Below, piece after piece: positions 27,680 to 40,173 of a stretch of 64,000 nucleotides of DNA; within the stretch, counting starts at the first letter, position 1; each line of letters begins with the position of its first letter. The position numbers were made by a program, and so were the translations under genes. Source of the DNA: the human T2T-CHM13v2.0 reference genome, Homo sapiens; NCBI RefSeq assembly GCF_009914755.1, contig NC_060944.1, one strand, 5' to 3'. A model generated the notes under the pieces. It searched no databases. It was given only the letters and a program-made list of their open reading frames with translations, and was not told the origin of the DNA.

Positions 27680-28459
27680 ATCTTTGAACTGAAAGAAAAT
27701 AATGAACAATCTAGAATTCCATAGTCAGTAAAGATACTCCTCAAAAATGAAAGCAAAATAAAGACATTTTCAGAACATCAAAAAGAAAAAAAACTCAAAA
27801 ATTTTAAAGATGAAAATGTTTCAGAGTGTGTTCTTTGTTCACAGTAAACAACTATAATAAAAATAGCTAAAAATAATTTTAATAACTCTAGCTGTCTGTA
27901 AATTTAACAATAAAAAAATCAAACAATAAATTTAAAAATAATTCATGGATTTTGAATTGAAAGATAATAACCATATGACATATCAACATTTCTGAGATGT
28001 TGCCATAAAAGGGCTTAGAGGGAAATTTATAGTCTTAAACCCATGTGTTAGCAGTATTTTGGGGACACCCAGAAGAGAGAAGATGGAGATTTGGCTGAAC
28101 CCCTAGGATAGGGGGTCCCAGAGAAGTTAAATTGTTTAGAGAAAAGTCAGCTTTTGGAAAAAGCTAAATGATACACCAACAAGATCCAATAAAAAATAAA
28201 CACTAAAATGAGTTCTTTGGAGGTAAGGGAGAATGATCCCAGGTGGAAGCAAAGTAATGTTGAAGGAATGGTGCACAGAAGAAGGGTAAATATAATTGAT
28301 AAATCCCCATGAATATTAAACGTATAAAACCACTGTAATATTGTTTTACAGGCTATCAAATATGTAGAATTTAAGTACATGACAACAATAACATACAAGG
28401 TAGAAGTGGACAAAGGGGTAATAGTGCCCTAAGGTTTCCTCACCATCTTTGCAGTGGTA
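27680..28459 (+). mobile_element. Old L1M fragment hosting the provirus (resumes at about 34968-36640)
   Basis: A-rich decayed L1 sequence (aaaataaagacattttcaga; ttagagggaaatttatag) continuing across the ERV. Confidence 0.55.
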
Positions 28460-28972
28460 TGTTGGGAGCAGGCCCCCCAAAATCTGTCCATAAACTGGCC
28501 CCAAAACTGGCCATAAACAAAATCTCTGCAGCACTGTAACATGTTCATAATGGCCCTAATGCCCGAGCTGGAAGGTTGTGGGTTTACAGGAATTAGGGCA
28601 AGGAACACCTGGCCCACCCAGGGTGGAAAACCACTTAAAGGCATTCTTAAGCCACAAATAATAGCATGAGTGATCTGTTTCTTAAGGGTGTGTTCCTGCT
28701 GCAGTTAACTAGCCCACCCTATTCCTTTAATTCGGCCCATCCCTTTGTTTCCCATAAGGGATACTCTTAGTTAATTTAATGTCTATAGAAATAATGCTAA
28801 TGACTGGTTTGCTGTTAATAAATATGTGGGTAAATCTCTGTTTGTGGCTCTCAGCTCTGAAGGCTGTGAGACCCCTGATTTCCCGCTTCACACCTCTATA
28901 TTTCTGTGTGTGTGTCTTTAATTCCTCTAGCGCCGCAGGGTTAGGGTCTCCCCGACCAAGCTGGTCTCAGCA
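28460..28972 (+). mobile_element. MER9 LTR (5' LTR of HERV-K(HML-3)/HERVK9)
   Basis: TG...CA termini (tgttgggagcaggcccccc...ctggtctcagca), about 513 bp, preceded by gtggta TSD and followed by a PBS. Confidence 0.9.
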
Positions 28973-28974
28973 AG

Positions 28975-28992
28975 TGGCACCCAATGTGGGAC
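28975..28992 (+). promoter_or_regulatory. Primer binding site for tRNA-Lys
   Basis: tggcacccaatgtgggac resembles TGGCGCCCAACGTGGGGC with CpG decay. Confidence 0.85.
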
Positions 28993-29159
28993 TCGAATCC
29001 GGATCGAAGGGTTGCCAGAGCAACCGTTGGAATGGAAAACTAGCTGGAGGACACCCGAGTACTCTTAAAGCAATCCCCATGGTGAGTAAGAAGGGGAGCT
29101 CAGAAGCATCAGGGTAACGGTGGGACAGTGTGGGGTCTGGTTCCTTTCACCTTGGAACT

Positions 29160-30536
29160 TTTTCACACTGATAATGAGGAGAACAAGAGTATAGTGAAGT
29201 AACAGAAGAGGTTACAGAGCATGTTTATTTGCCAGCTAAAGCGGCAAAGGAAGGAAAGTTTCATCCCTACCCTTCTGCACCCCCTCCTTATTATTTTGAA
29301 GAAAATGAACCCCCAGATCTTTCTTTTCTGGAGGACACTGGGTGAAAAGTAGTTGCCCCAGTGACTGTTTGAGCAGTGCCTCGAGCAACCAGTCTTAGTT
29401 CTATTCAGGCAGGAATTCAGCAAGCTAGACGAGAGGGTGATTTAGAGGCTTGGCAGTTCCCTGTTAGAATACACCCCCCAGATCAACAGGGAAATATTAC
29501 AGCTACATTTGAGCCTTTTCTTTTTAAATTACTCAAAGAAATAAAACAAGCTATAAATCAGTATGGACCAGGTTCTCCTTTTGGAATGGGACTGTTAAAG
29601 AATGTTACTATTTCAAGTCAGATGATTCCTACTGACTGGGACACTCTTACTTCAGCTTGTCTAACTCCTGCTCAGTTCTTAAAATTTAAAACTTGGTGGG
29701 CATGGGTGCAGCACACCAACATGGCACATGTATACATATGTAACAAACCTGTATGTTGTGCACATGTACCCTAGAACTTAAAGTATAATAAAAAAATACA
29801 TATATAAATAAAATAAAATAAAATAAAACTTGGTGGGCAGATGACGCTTCCATTCAGGCTGCTCACAATGCCCAGGCCGAAACTCAAATTAATATAACTG
29901 CAGACCAACTTTTGGGGATTAGCAGCTGGTCTGGTTTACATGCACAACTGGTCATGCAGGAAGATGCCATAGAACAGCTTAGGGGAGTGTGCATTGGAGA
30001 GTGGGAAAAAATCACTTCAGGTGGAGAACAATACCCTTCCTTTAGTGCTATGAAACAGGGACAAGGGAAGCATATGTTGATTTTATAGCTCGGTTACAGG
30101 GGTCTCTTAAAAAGATGATTGCAGATTTGGCGCTCAGGATATAGTGTTGCAGTTATTAGCTTTTGACAATGCTAATCCCGATTGCCAGGCTGCTCTGCAA
30201 CCTATCAGAGGGAAGGCACATTTAGTTGATTATATCAAGGCCTGTGATGGTATCAGAGGTAATCTGCATAAAGCTACCTTGTTGGCACAGGCAATGGCAG
30301 GACTAAGAGTGGATAAAGGAAATACTCCATTTCCTGGAGCTTGTTTTAACTGTGGGAAGCATGGTCATGCTAAAAAAGAATGTAGAAAAAATCAGCGAGT
30401 CAGGTTGCCAGATAGGGGAAAAAAGAAAACTGTTAAGCCTGTAATATGTCCACAATGTAAAAAAGGAAATCATTGGGCTAGTCAGTGTCACTCTAAGTTT
30501 AATAAAGAAGGGAACTTGATTTCGGGAAATGCATGA
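29160..30536 (+). pseudogene. gag: gag remnant (CA and NC with two CCHC zinc knuckles), disrupted
   Basis: CFNCGKHGHAKKEC and CPQCKKGNHWASQC; capsid LAFDNANPDCQ; stops, frameshifts and an L1 insertion. Confidence 0.9.
29703..29824 (+). mobile_element. Heavily 5'-truncated L1PA 3' end inserted in gag
   Basis: tgggtgcagcacaccaacatggcacatg...cctagaacttaaagtataat plus A-rich tail; 15-bp TSD aaaacttggtgggca (29688-29702 and 29825-29839) at a TTT/AAAA site. Confidence 0.93.
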
Positions 30537-31488
30537 GGGGCCCGTCCTGGGCCCTGTTCTAAACTGGGGCATTTTCAGCACAGGCCATTCCCTCAACCCT
30601 GTAAAATGTCTGTCCCCTGCCACAGCTGGTAGTGCCACAGTAGATTTATGCTGCACAAAAGCTGTGAGCCTTCTGCCTGGGGAACTCCTGCAAAAGGTCT
30701 CAACAGGAGTCTGTGGACCCTTGCCAGCAGGGACAATAGGATTACTTTTTGGAAGGTCTAGTGTAAGTTTAAAAGGGATACAAATACATACAGGAGTCAT
30801 TGATTCAGATTACAATGGGGAAATTCAAATTGTTATATCTACTTCTGTTCCCTGGAAAGCAGACCCAGGAAAGCACATAGCACAGCTCCTGATTGTGCCA
30901 TATGTAGGAATGGGAAAAAGTGAAATTAAACCATCAAGAGGATTTGGAAGCACAAACAAACAAGGCAAAGCAGCTTATTGGGTAAATCAAATTACTGATA
31001 AACGTCCTACCTGTGAAATAACTATTCAAGGAAAGAAATTTAAAGGTTTGGTAGATACAGGAGTGGACATTTCAATCATTGCTCTACAGCACTGGCCGTC
31101 CATGTGGCCAATTCAACCTGCTCAATTTAACATAGTTGGAGTTGGTAAAGCTGCTGAAGTATATCAAAGTAGTTATATTTTGCATTGTGAGGGGCCCAAT
31201 GGACAACCTAGGACTATTCAACCAATTATAACTTCTGTACCTATAAATTTATGGGGAAGAGATTTATTACAACAATGGGGAGCACAAGTTCTAATTCCAG
31301 AACAATTATATAGCCCTCAAAGTCAATATACAATGCATGAAATAGGGTATATCCCTGGTATGGGACTAGAAAAAAATTTGCAAGGTTTGAAAGAACTGCT
31401 TCAAGCAGAAAAACAAAGTTCCTGCCAAAGATTAGGAAATAATTTTTTATGGTGGCCATTGTTAAGCCTCCAGAACCTATACCTTTAA
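30529..31488 (+). CDS. pro: HML-3 pro ORF: dUTPase, aspartic protease and G-patch-like tail (319 codons, open)
   Basis: dUTPase motifs ([34 protein letters not shown]); protease LVDTGVD and LWGRDLL; expression unknown. Confidence 0.8.
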
Positions 31489-33026
31489 AATGGTTAACAG
31501 ATAAACCAATTTGGATAGAACAATGGCTGCTAAGTAAAGAGAAATGGGAGGCTTTAGAGAAATTAGTTACTGAACAATTAGAAAATGGGCACATAGCTCC
31601 AACATTTTCCCCTTGGAATTCTCCAGTGTTTGTAATTAAGAAAAAATCAGGTAAATGGAGAATGTTAACTGAGTTAAGAGCCATCAATTCAGTTATACAA
31701 CCTATGGGAGCATTACAGCCAGGATTGCCTTCTTCTGCTATAATTCCAAAAAATTGGCCTTTAATAGTCATAGATTTAAAAGACTGTTTCTTTACTATCC
31801 CTTTAGCTGAGCAAGACTGTGAACGGTTTGCATTTACAATTCCTGCAGTAAACAACCTGCAGCCTGCTAAGCGTTATCACTGGAAAGTGTTGCCACAGGG
31901 CATGTCAAACAGTCCAACAATTTGCCAGATGTATGTGGGGCAAGCAATTGAACCTACTTGTAAAAAATTTTCACAGTGTTACATTATTCACTATATGGAT
32001 GATATACTTTGTGTTGCCCATACTCGAGAAATATTACTCTAATGTTATGATTACTTGCAAAATTCGATTTCTCATGCTGGTTTAATTATAGCTCCTGATG
32101 AAATTCAGACTACTACTCCTTACTCCTACTTGGGGACCTTAGTAAATGGCACTACCATTGTGTCACAGAAAGTAACCATACATAGGGATCAACTAAAAAC
32201 ATTAAATGACTTTCAAAAATTACTAGGGGATATTAATTGGATATGACCTGCTCTAGGCATTCCTACCTATGCCATGAGTAATCCGTTTTCTATCCTTAGA
32301 GGAGATCCTAGTCTTACTAGCCGTCAGCAATTAAAGGAGGCTGAGGTCAAGTTACAGCTGACTGAAAAGCAAGTCCATAAGGCTCACATAGAATAGATCC
32401 AGAGAAGACTCTAGATTTGCTAATTTTTTTCATCTCAGCATTCACCTACTGTTGTTATTGTCCAAGAACAGGACTTGGTAGAGTGGCTTTTTCTTCCACA
32501 TACTAATTCATGGACTCTAAATCCTTTTTTAGATCAAATCGCTACTATGATAGGGATTGGGAGAACTCAGATTGTTAAATTACATGGATATGATCCTGGA
32601 AAAATTATTGTCCCTCTCACAAAGGCACAAATACAGTAAGCTTTTATAAATAGTCTTACCTGGCAAATCCATTTAGCTGACTTTGTGGGTATTCTCGATA
32701 ATCATTTTCCTAAAATGAAGCTGTTTCAGTTTTTGAAATTAACTGATTGGATTCTCCCTAAAATAATGAAATTTAAACCAATTGAAGGTGCTGAGAATGT
32801 TTTTACAGATGGGTCTAGTAATGGTAAAGCTTCTTATTCTGGCTCAAAAAGTAAAGTTTTTCAGATGCCCTATACTTAAGCTCAAAAAGTGGAGCTTGTA
32901 GCTGTAATTGAGTTATTGACTGCTTTTGATATGCCTATTAATGTGATTTCTGATTCTTCATATGCGGTTCACTCCACACAGTTAATTGAAAATGCTCAGT
33001 TATGATTTCATACAGATGAACAACAG
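31449..33026 (+). pseudogene. pol: pol RT/RNase H, broken by stops and frameshifts
   Basis: [26 protein letters not shown]; first stop at 32040-32042. Confidence 0.92.
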
Positions 33027-34004
33027 ATGACTTTATTTACCCAATTGCAAACAGCAGTTAGGAGTAGAATGCACCCTTTTTACATCACTCACATTAGGGC
33101 TCATACACCTCTTCCAGGACCTTTGACTGAAGGGAATCAAATGGCTGATCACCTAGTTGCTACTGCAATATCTAATGCTAGACATTTTCATAATTCAACC
33201 CATGTTAATGCCTCTGGTCTCAAACGCAGATACAGCATTACCTGGAAAGAAGCTAAAGCTATTATCCAGCAATGCCCAACTTGCCAAATGGTACATTCCT
33301 CATCTTTTACAGGAGGAGTTAATCCTCGAGGACTGGAACCTAACTCTATTTGGCAAGTGGATGTCACACATGTTCCCTCGTTTGAGAGACTAGCTTATGT
33401 ACATGTATGTGTGGACACCTTTTCTCACTTTGTCTGGACTGCATGCCAAACAGGAGAGTCTTCTGCCTGTGTTAAACATCACCTTTTGCTGGAATGCATG
33501 GGCATTCCAGCTTCTATTAAAACAGATAATGCCCCAGGCTATACTAGCCAAACTCTAGCTACATTTTTCTCTATGTGGAATATTAAACACATTACCAGTA
33601 TCCCATACCATTCTCAAGGACAAGCCATAGTGGAAAAAATGAATCTCTCCCTAAAACAGCAGCTGCAAAAGCAGAAGGGGAGAGACAGAGAATATGGGAC
33701 ACTGCAGATACAACTGAATCTAGCATTATTGACTTTAAATTTTCTGAGCCTGCCCAAAGGCCAGATGTTATCAGCAGCTGAACAGCATCTACAGAAACCA
33801 GCTGCAAAGACAGAAATAGAACAACTGATTTGGTGGAGAGATCCAATAACAAAAAGTTGGGAAATAGGTAAAATAATAACTTGGGGTAGAGGTTATGCTT
33901 GTATTTCTCCAGGCCAAAATCAACAGCCAATTTGGATACTATCAAGACACCTGAAACCTTATCATGAGCCAGATGCTGAGGAAGAGACTCCGGGAGGATC
34001 CTGA
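33027..34004 (+). CDS. pol: pol C-terminal open frame: end of RNase H plus integrase (325 codons)
   Basis: HHCC (H...H, CPTC) and D,D,E residues in WQVDVTH, KTDNAPGY and QAIVEK. Confidence 0.75.
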   Translation: MTLFTQLQTAVRSRMHPFYITHIRAHTPLPGPLTEGNQMADHLVATAISNARHFHNSTHVNASGLKRRYSITWKEAKAIIQQCPTCQMVHSSSFTGGVNPRGLEPNSIWQVDVTHVPSFERLAYVHVCVDTFSHFVWTACQTGESSACVKHHLLLECMGIPASIKTDNAPGYTSQTLATFFSMWNIKHITSIPYHSQGQAIVEKMNLSLKQQLQKQKGRDREYGTLQIQLNLALLTLNFLSLPKGQMLSAAEQHLQKPAAKTEIEQLIWWRDPITKSWEIGKIITWGRGYACISPGQNQQPIWILSRHLKPYHEPDAEEETPGGS

Positions 34005-34960
34005 GGACCCCCCAGTTGCAGCCATGTCAAGACTGACTCTGTGGAGGACTCCAACTGTCACAAGCAACACCTGTCGAACACAGCCACCCATCTGGGGACA
34101 GATCAAGAAGCTGTCACAGATGGTGGAAGAAAACCTGAGGAAAGCGGGACAACCAGTCACAACGAGTAATTTTATGGTAGCTATGATAGCGGTTATCACC
34201 ACTGCCATGAGTATTCCTTCAGTAAGGGCTGACACAGAGAACAATTATACTTATTGGGTATATTTATCAATCTTGGCTGGCAATAATTCCTGGATGCAAT
34301 CACTTTATGACATAGTTACACATGCTTTCTGATCTCAGTATTTATCATAATAAAACTGCTCCTATAATTGAGGCATACCGCCCTCAAAAACCTATTTGTA
34401 AACAGGAATGGACCCAGTTAGAAAAAATGAACATACTTGTTTAGGAAGATTGCATTGCAGAACAGGCAGAGGTACTGAACAACGATTCCTATGGAATCAT
34501 TATTAATTGGTCCCCTAAGGCGATGTTTAGCTTAAATTGCACCTCTCAGTCTGTGTGCCACGGTCACACTATGTTCAGCTGATCTGAACAAAACAGTCAG
34601 ATGGTAGATATAATAATAAGTACAGCAAGAGTTCCTATTATCTGGAACCATGGCAGTATAGTGGCACCTCAACCTCAAATGATATGGCCCACTCTAGGAG
34701 CTTAACATAAGGATTTAAAATTAAAAGAACAAATATTTAAAGCATCCCAGGCACACCTGACCTTAATGCCAGGAGCTGGAGTGCTCAAAGGAGCTGAAAA
34801 TGGATAAAAACACTTGGAAGCTCTGTGATTTCAATGATGATTGTGCTTTTAATCTGTGTTGTTTGTCTTTGTATAGTCTGCAGATGTGGATCCTGACTCC
34901 TGCGAGAAGTAGCTCACCATGACAAAGCTGCCTTTGCTTTTGTCGATTTGCAAATCAGAG
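33964..34960 (+). pseudogene. env: env remnant, internally deleted (about 1 kb)
   Basis: PPIWGQIKKL...NYTYW signal/SU start; TM-like LKEQIFKASQAHL near 34720-34760; multiple stops. Confidence 0.8.
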
Positions 34961-35061
34961 AGTGGTAAAGGTACTAATTTATGGTAACTCAGTTAAGTCA
35001 ATGATACTCATTACAATCACTATAGTTACCACTAAAAGAAGAGGTAAAGAAGAGATAACTT

Positions 35062-35363
<302 letters not shown>

Positions 35364-35970
35364 TTAACTAAAAGCCACTGAGGAGAAGAAATTGAATAAA
35401 ACAAGAAACAGGGACAAATGAAATGAATAGAAAACAAATAGCAATATGGTAGATTTGAAACCAAACATATGGTAATATTAGTCATTAGTAACTAATAATA
35501 TGAGTAATGTAAATGGAACAACTTTCCAAATAAGACTCTTAGACTGATTTAAAAAACTATTTGGTGGTTATAAAGGCACATATTAATTAAGATACCATAT
35601 TAGAATAAAAGTATGAATAAAGATATTCAAGTAAATAAGAATCAAAACAATGCTAAATGTTTTGGTGTCTCTGACATCAGACTTCAGAGCAAGAGGCATT
35701 ACTCAGCATAAACTGGTACATTATATAATGATAAAATGGTCAGCCACCAAGAAAGTGTAACAATTCTACTTGTATAAGCCCTGGACGACATAGTCTGAAA
35801 ATAAATCAAGCAAAAATTGTCAGAAAGAAATAGACAAATTCACAATCATAATCATCATGAGAAATTTTAACATACCCCTCAGTAACTGGCAGAAAAGGCG
35901 ACCAAAACCTAAACCAAAACCAAACCAAACCAAACTCAATAAAACAAGACAAAGTAGAAAGAGTAAATAT

Positions 35971-36275
35971 GGCCAGGCACAGTGGCTTATGCCTGTAATC
36001 CCAGCACTTTGGGAGGCTGAGGCGGGTGGATTACCTGAGGCCAGGAGTTTGAGACCAGCCTGGCCAACATGGTGAAACCCTGTCTCTACTATAAATCCAA
36101 AAGCGTGGTGGTACATGTCTGTAATTCCAGCTGCCTGGGAGGCTGAAGCATGAGAATTGCTTAAACCCAGGAGGCAGAGGTTGCAGTGAGCTGAGATCGT
36201 GCTACTGTACTCTAGCCTAGGTGACAGAGTGAGACTCTGCCTCAGGAAAAAAAAAAAAAAAAGAAATAAAGAAAA
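35971..36275 (+). mobile_element. Alu (older S/J type) with TSD
   Basis: Flanked by aaagagtaaatat and aaagggtaaatat. Confidence 0.93.
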
Positions 36276-37234
36276 AAGGGTAAATATATAGAAAATTTCA
36301 ACAGAATGGACTTACTGATGTATATAAATATCTAACTCTACATCTATAAAATGCAGAATACGTATTCTTTTCAACTGCATATATTAATAGAATATTGGTT
36401 ATTCTAGACAAATAACTCAAAAATTTCAAAGAAGGGAGATAATGAAATGGTGTTCTCTGACTGACTATAGTGGACTTGAATTAGAAGTCGATGAGAGAAA
36501 AGATAACTAGAAAATCAACTACATTTGGAAATTAAACAATACAGCTATAATAGCCCACAGATTAAAAAAAATGTCATAGTGGAAATTACAACTGGTTTTG
36601 AAATGAAGGAAAACTAATAATCAGCCTGGGAGGATGAAGCCAGTTGCACCTTCTGGTGGAGGAAGGTCTGGCAGCAGGGAAAATGGACTCTTATAGACAT
36701 CTCCCTTGCACCCTTCAGAGCCCCACTGGCCACACACTTTGTGCTCTCCTGGGCCCAGCTGGCAATGTGGGCTCCAGCCCCGTCATGGGCAGGCTTAGCA
36801 ACTGCTTCTGCTCTTCAGGAACTGGCTCACCAGAGGTCTCAGAGATTTCTTTTTCCCTGGTGAGCCTTACATGCACTATGTGAGGGCAAGCCAGGTGGGC
36901 TCGAGGTCTCCACCGGGTCTTCTCAGGGCTGGGCTGCAGCTGGAGGAGGCTTCCCTGAAAAGGTAGGCAGCAGGCATGTTGCATGCATGCCTGCAGGTCC
37001 AAAGTTATGTGACCTCCTGCTCTGCCTTGTTTGGAGATAACGGAGGGACTCTGCGGGGTTGTGGAGAGAGGCACTGGACAAGGCACTGCTCAAAGGGAGG
37101 TGCTCAACAGCTCAGGGCCCCTGGTGGACAGGGCTGTGTGGGACCCAGAGCTGAGAAGGGAGTCACCAGCAGCAGCTGCCACCACTCCTCCACCTGAGTG
37201 TCCCTGGCCCCCAGTGGGTACGCTGAGGATAGCC

Positions 37235-37422
37235 ATGTGGTAGAAGGTGCCCCTGCTCATGGCACTTATTGTGCTGAGCACCCGCATCTGGATCATTCAA
37301 AAAGAATTCGTAGACATCAGTATTTTGTGGCATCAATGGAGTTTGCTGTGGCTCAGTTCAATGAGGACAATATGGAAGAGTACACGCACAGGTTGCTGGA
37401 GGTCCAGCGAGCCCAGCAGAAG
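37235..37422 (+). pseudogene. CST12P: Cystatin pseudogene exon 1 (stop at codon 3, frameshift near 37320)
   Basis: gcc[34 protein letters not shown], frameshift, [34 protein letters not shown]|gtgagt; symbol assigned from position between CST11 and CST8. Confidence 0.88.
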
Positions 37423-37769
37423 GTGAGTGGCAGTCATTTTGTCCACTCCCAGAACTCTCTTCACCGACTGAATAGCTCAAAGCCCGTGGTGATGGCAGCA
37501 GGGGGTGACGTGGGAGGGGGTCCCATGTCTGCACCACATTTCTGAAGATTGGGCTCAGGGGCCCTTCCTCCTGCGGTGGGCACACAGCCTTCCTGATCTT
37601 TGCCCATTTCCTTGGCCATCTGCCCCTTCCTTGGGTTGCATCCCCATCCCTGGACCCTGGGAGGCTGCAGGAGCCCTGGGCACAGGGGGGTTATGCTGCT
37701 GCCCAGCCACAGTGCCCGGGGTGGGGGCTTCATGCCAGCCTAAAAGGGGAGAATGTAAGGAGGGGCAGG

Positions 37770-38432
37770 GCATATGTGAGTGTTCTTGGTGTGTATGGGA
37801 GTATGAGTATGTGAGTGTGTTATTGATATATGTAAAAACATGAGTGTGCTGTTGGTGTGAATCAAGGAATGACTGTGAGTGTGTTGGTGTGTTGGGGCAT
37901 CAGTGTGTGAGTGTGTTGAGGGTTGGGCATGAGTGTATGTTGGTGTGTGTCAGGCATGAGTATGAATGTGTTGGTTTGTGTCAGGCATGAGTGTGAGTGT
38001 GTTGGTGTGTGTCAGGGCATGAGTATGTGAGTGTGTTGGGCATGAGTGTATGTTGTTGGTGTATGTTGGGCATGAGTGCATGTTTTTGGCATGTGTTGGG
38101 CATGTGTGTGTGAGTGTGTGTTGGGCATGAGTGTGAGTGCGTTATGTGTATAGGGTCACGAGTGTGAGTGTGTTGGTGTGTGTTGGGCTTGAGTGTGAGT
38201 GTGGTGTGTGTGTTGGGTATGAGTGTGAGTGTGTTGGTGTGTGTTGCGCGTGAGTGTATGTTGGTGTATGTTGGGCATGAGTGCATGTTTCTGGCATGTG
38301 TTGGGCATGCATGTGTGAGTGTGTGTTAGGTATGAGTGTGAGTGTGTTGTGTGTATAGGGGCATGAGTGTGAGTGTGTTGTGTGTGTTGGTCATGAATGT
38401 GAGTGTGTTGTGTGTATAGGGGCATGAGTGTG
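37770..38432. repeat. TG-rich minisatellite-like array (about 30-nt unit ggcatgagtgtgagtgtgttggtgtgtgtt)
   Basis: Directly visible in pseudogene intron 1. Confidence 0.9.
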
Positions 38433-39277
38433 GTTGTTAGTTTGTTCCAGGGCATAGTTGGGTATCATCTCAACCCCAGCATGGATTGCTGAGCCCTTGA
38501 CTGGGTCAAGTTTCTCGACAATTTCTAGGCTGTCCAGTGAGACCTGTGCCCCAGCCTGTCCAGACTTCTGGTCTGGATTCATTTTCTCTCTACATTTGGG
38601 TGCTTCCTGAGTTTCATGGACTTCTACGTAAAGAAATGAAAATAACTTTTAATCACTTCTTATAGAAGCCTAAGAAACATGCACAACAGCATGGTGCAGC
38701 TCTGCATTCACCTCGATGATCACTGGCAAGGTAGATGGTTACGAGCAATTAGCACTCACATGAAGCAGAACAGTGCCATCCCCCAGAGCCCCCTCTGTGA
38801 TCCCATCTAGATTCTAACCTGCAAGGAGTCCTGCTGACCTAGTTTTTAATCCCAGGCATTAGTCTCGCCCATTTCTCACTCTGTGTAAAAGGAACCACCC
38901 AGTGTGAGCCCTCTGTGTGTGGCTGAGGCTCAGGTGTAAGGCAGAGGCAGTGTATTGTTAGGTGTGGCTGCGGCATGTGCAGGCTCACTGCTGCGCAGGA
39001 TTTGATTGTGTGAGTGTGTCACACCCTATGTTTATCACTCTGTCAATTTGTCTGTCAGGTATTAGTCATTGGGAAGATTCCAGTGTGTATCTGAAGCACA
39101 CTTAGTGGACTGTCTTCTACTGACCTGCAGAGAGATTGTACATGGCCCTGTCTAGGCCTATTTATATGACATGCACATGGCAGCCTTTTATCCACTTTCC
39201 TATTTGTTTCTCTGCCTTTTAAAAAAATTCATGAAAAGAAAACACTTAGCAACTGTTTGTATAATTCTTCTTGACAG

Positions 39278-39291
39278 ACGTGGACAATGAT
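39278..39291 (+). pseudogene. CST12P: Cystatin pseudogene exon 2, 5' piece (TWTM)
   Basis: Acceptor ttcttcttgacag|acg tgg aca atg at; ends in the left TSD copy. Confidence 0.85.
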
Positions 39292-40173
39292 TTATTATTA
39301 TTATTATTATACTTTAAGTTTTAGGGTACATGTGCACAATGTGCAGGTTAGTTACATATGTATACATGTGCCATGCTGGTGCACTGCACCCACTAACTCG
39401 TCATCTAGCATTAGGTATATCTCCCAATGCTATCCCTCCCCTCTCCCCCCACCCCACAACAGGCCCCAGAGTGTGATGTTCCCCTTCCTGTGTCCATGTG
39501 TTCTCATTGTTCAATTCCCACCTGTGAGTGAGAATATGCGGTGTTTGGTTTTTTGTTTTTGCGATAGTTTATTGAGAATGATGATTTCCAATTTCATCCA
39601 TGTCCCTACAAAGGACATGAACTCATCATTTTTATGGCTGCATAGTATTCCATGGTGTATATGTGCCACATTTTCTTAATCCAGTCTATCATTGTTGGAC
39701 ATTCGGGTTGGTTCCAAGTCTTTGCTATTGTGAATAATGCCGCAATAAACATACGTGTGCATGTGTCTTTATAGCAGCATGATTTATAGACCTTTGGGTA
39801 TATAACCGGTAATGGGATGGCTGGGTCAAATGGTATTTCTAGTTCTAGATCCCTGAGGAATCACCACACTGACTTCCACAATGGTTGAACTAGTTTACAG
39901 TCCCACCAACAGTGTAAAAGTGTTCCTATTTCTCCACATCCTCTCCAGCACCTGTTGTTTCCTGACTTTTTAATGATTGCCATTCTAACTGGTGTGAGAT
40001 GATATCTCATTGTGGTTTTGATTTGCATTTCTCTGATGGCCAGTGATGGTGAGCATTTTTTCATGTGTTTTTTGGCTGCATAAATGTCTTCTTTTGAGAA
40101 GTGTCTGTTCATGTCCTTCGCCCACTTTTTGATGGGGTTGTTTGTTTTTTCCTTGTAAATTTGTTTGAGTTCA
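39292..40173 (-). mobile_element. Young 5'-truncated L1 (L1PA2/PA3-like, about 880 bp) inserted into the exon
   Basis: ORF2 C-terminus open on the minus strand (39861-40178); 3' UTR reads atgacGAGttagtggg (not the ACA/ACG of L1HS); TSD gacaatgat at 39283-39291 and 40174-40182. Confidence 0.93.

Larger units (their letters stand above)
28973..34961 (+). mobile_element. HERV-K(HML-3) internal region (defective gag-pro-pol-env), no 3' LTR
   Basis: Betaretroviral gene order with dUTPase in pro; ends at caaatcagaga, directly followed by TSD gtggta (34962-34967). Confidence 0.92.

Noticed and set aside
31241-31855. 204-aa antisense ORF in pro/pol (also 30303-30800)
   Set aside because: Shadow of the sense coding frame
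37198-37545. 115-aa ORF as a single-exon gene
   Set aside because: Starts at a non-ATG codon and runs past the exon-1 donor into intron; only 37321-37422 is cystatin-like
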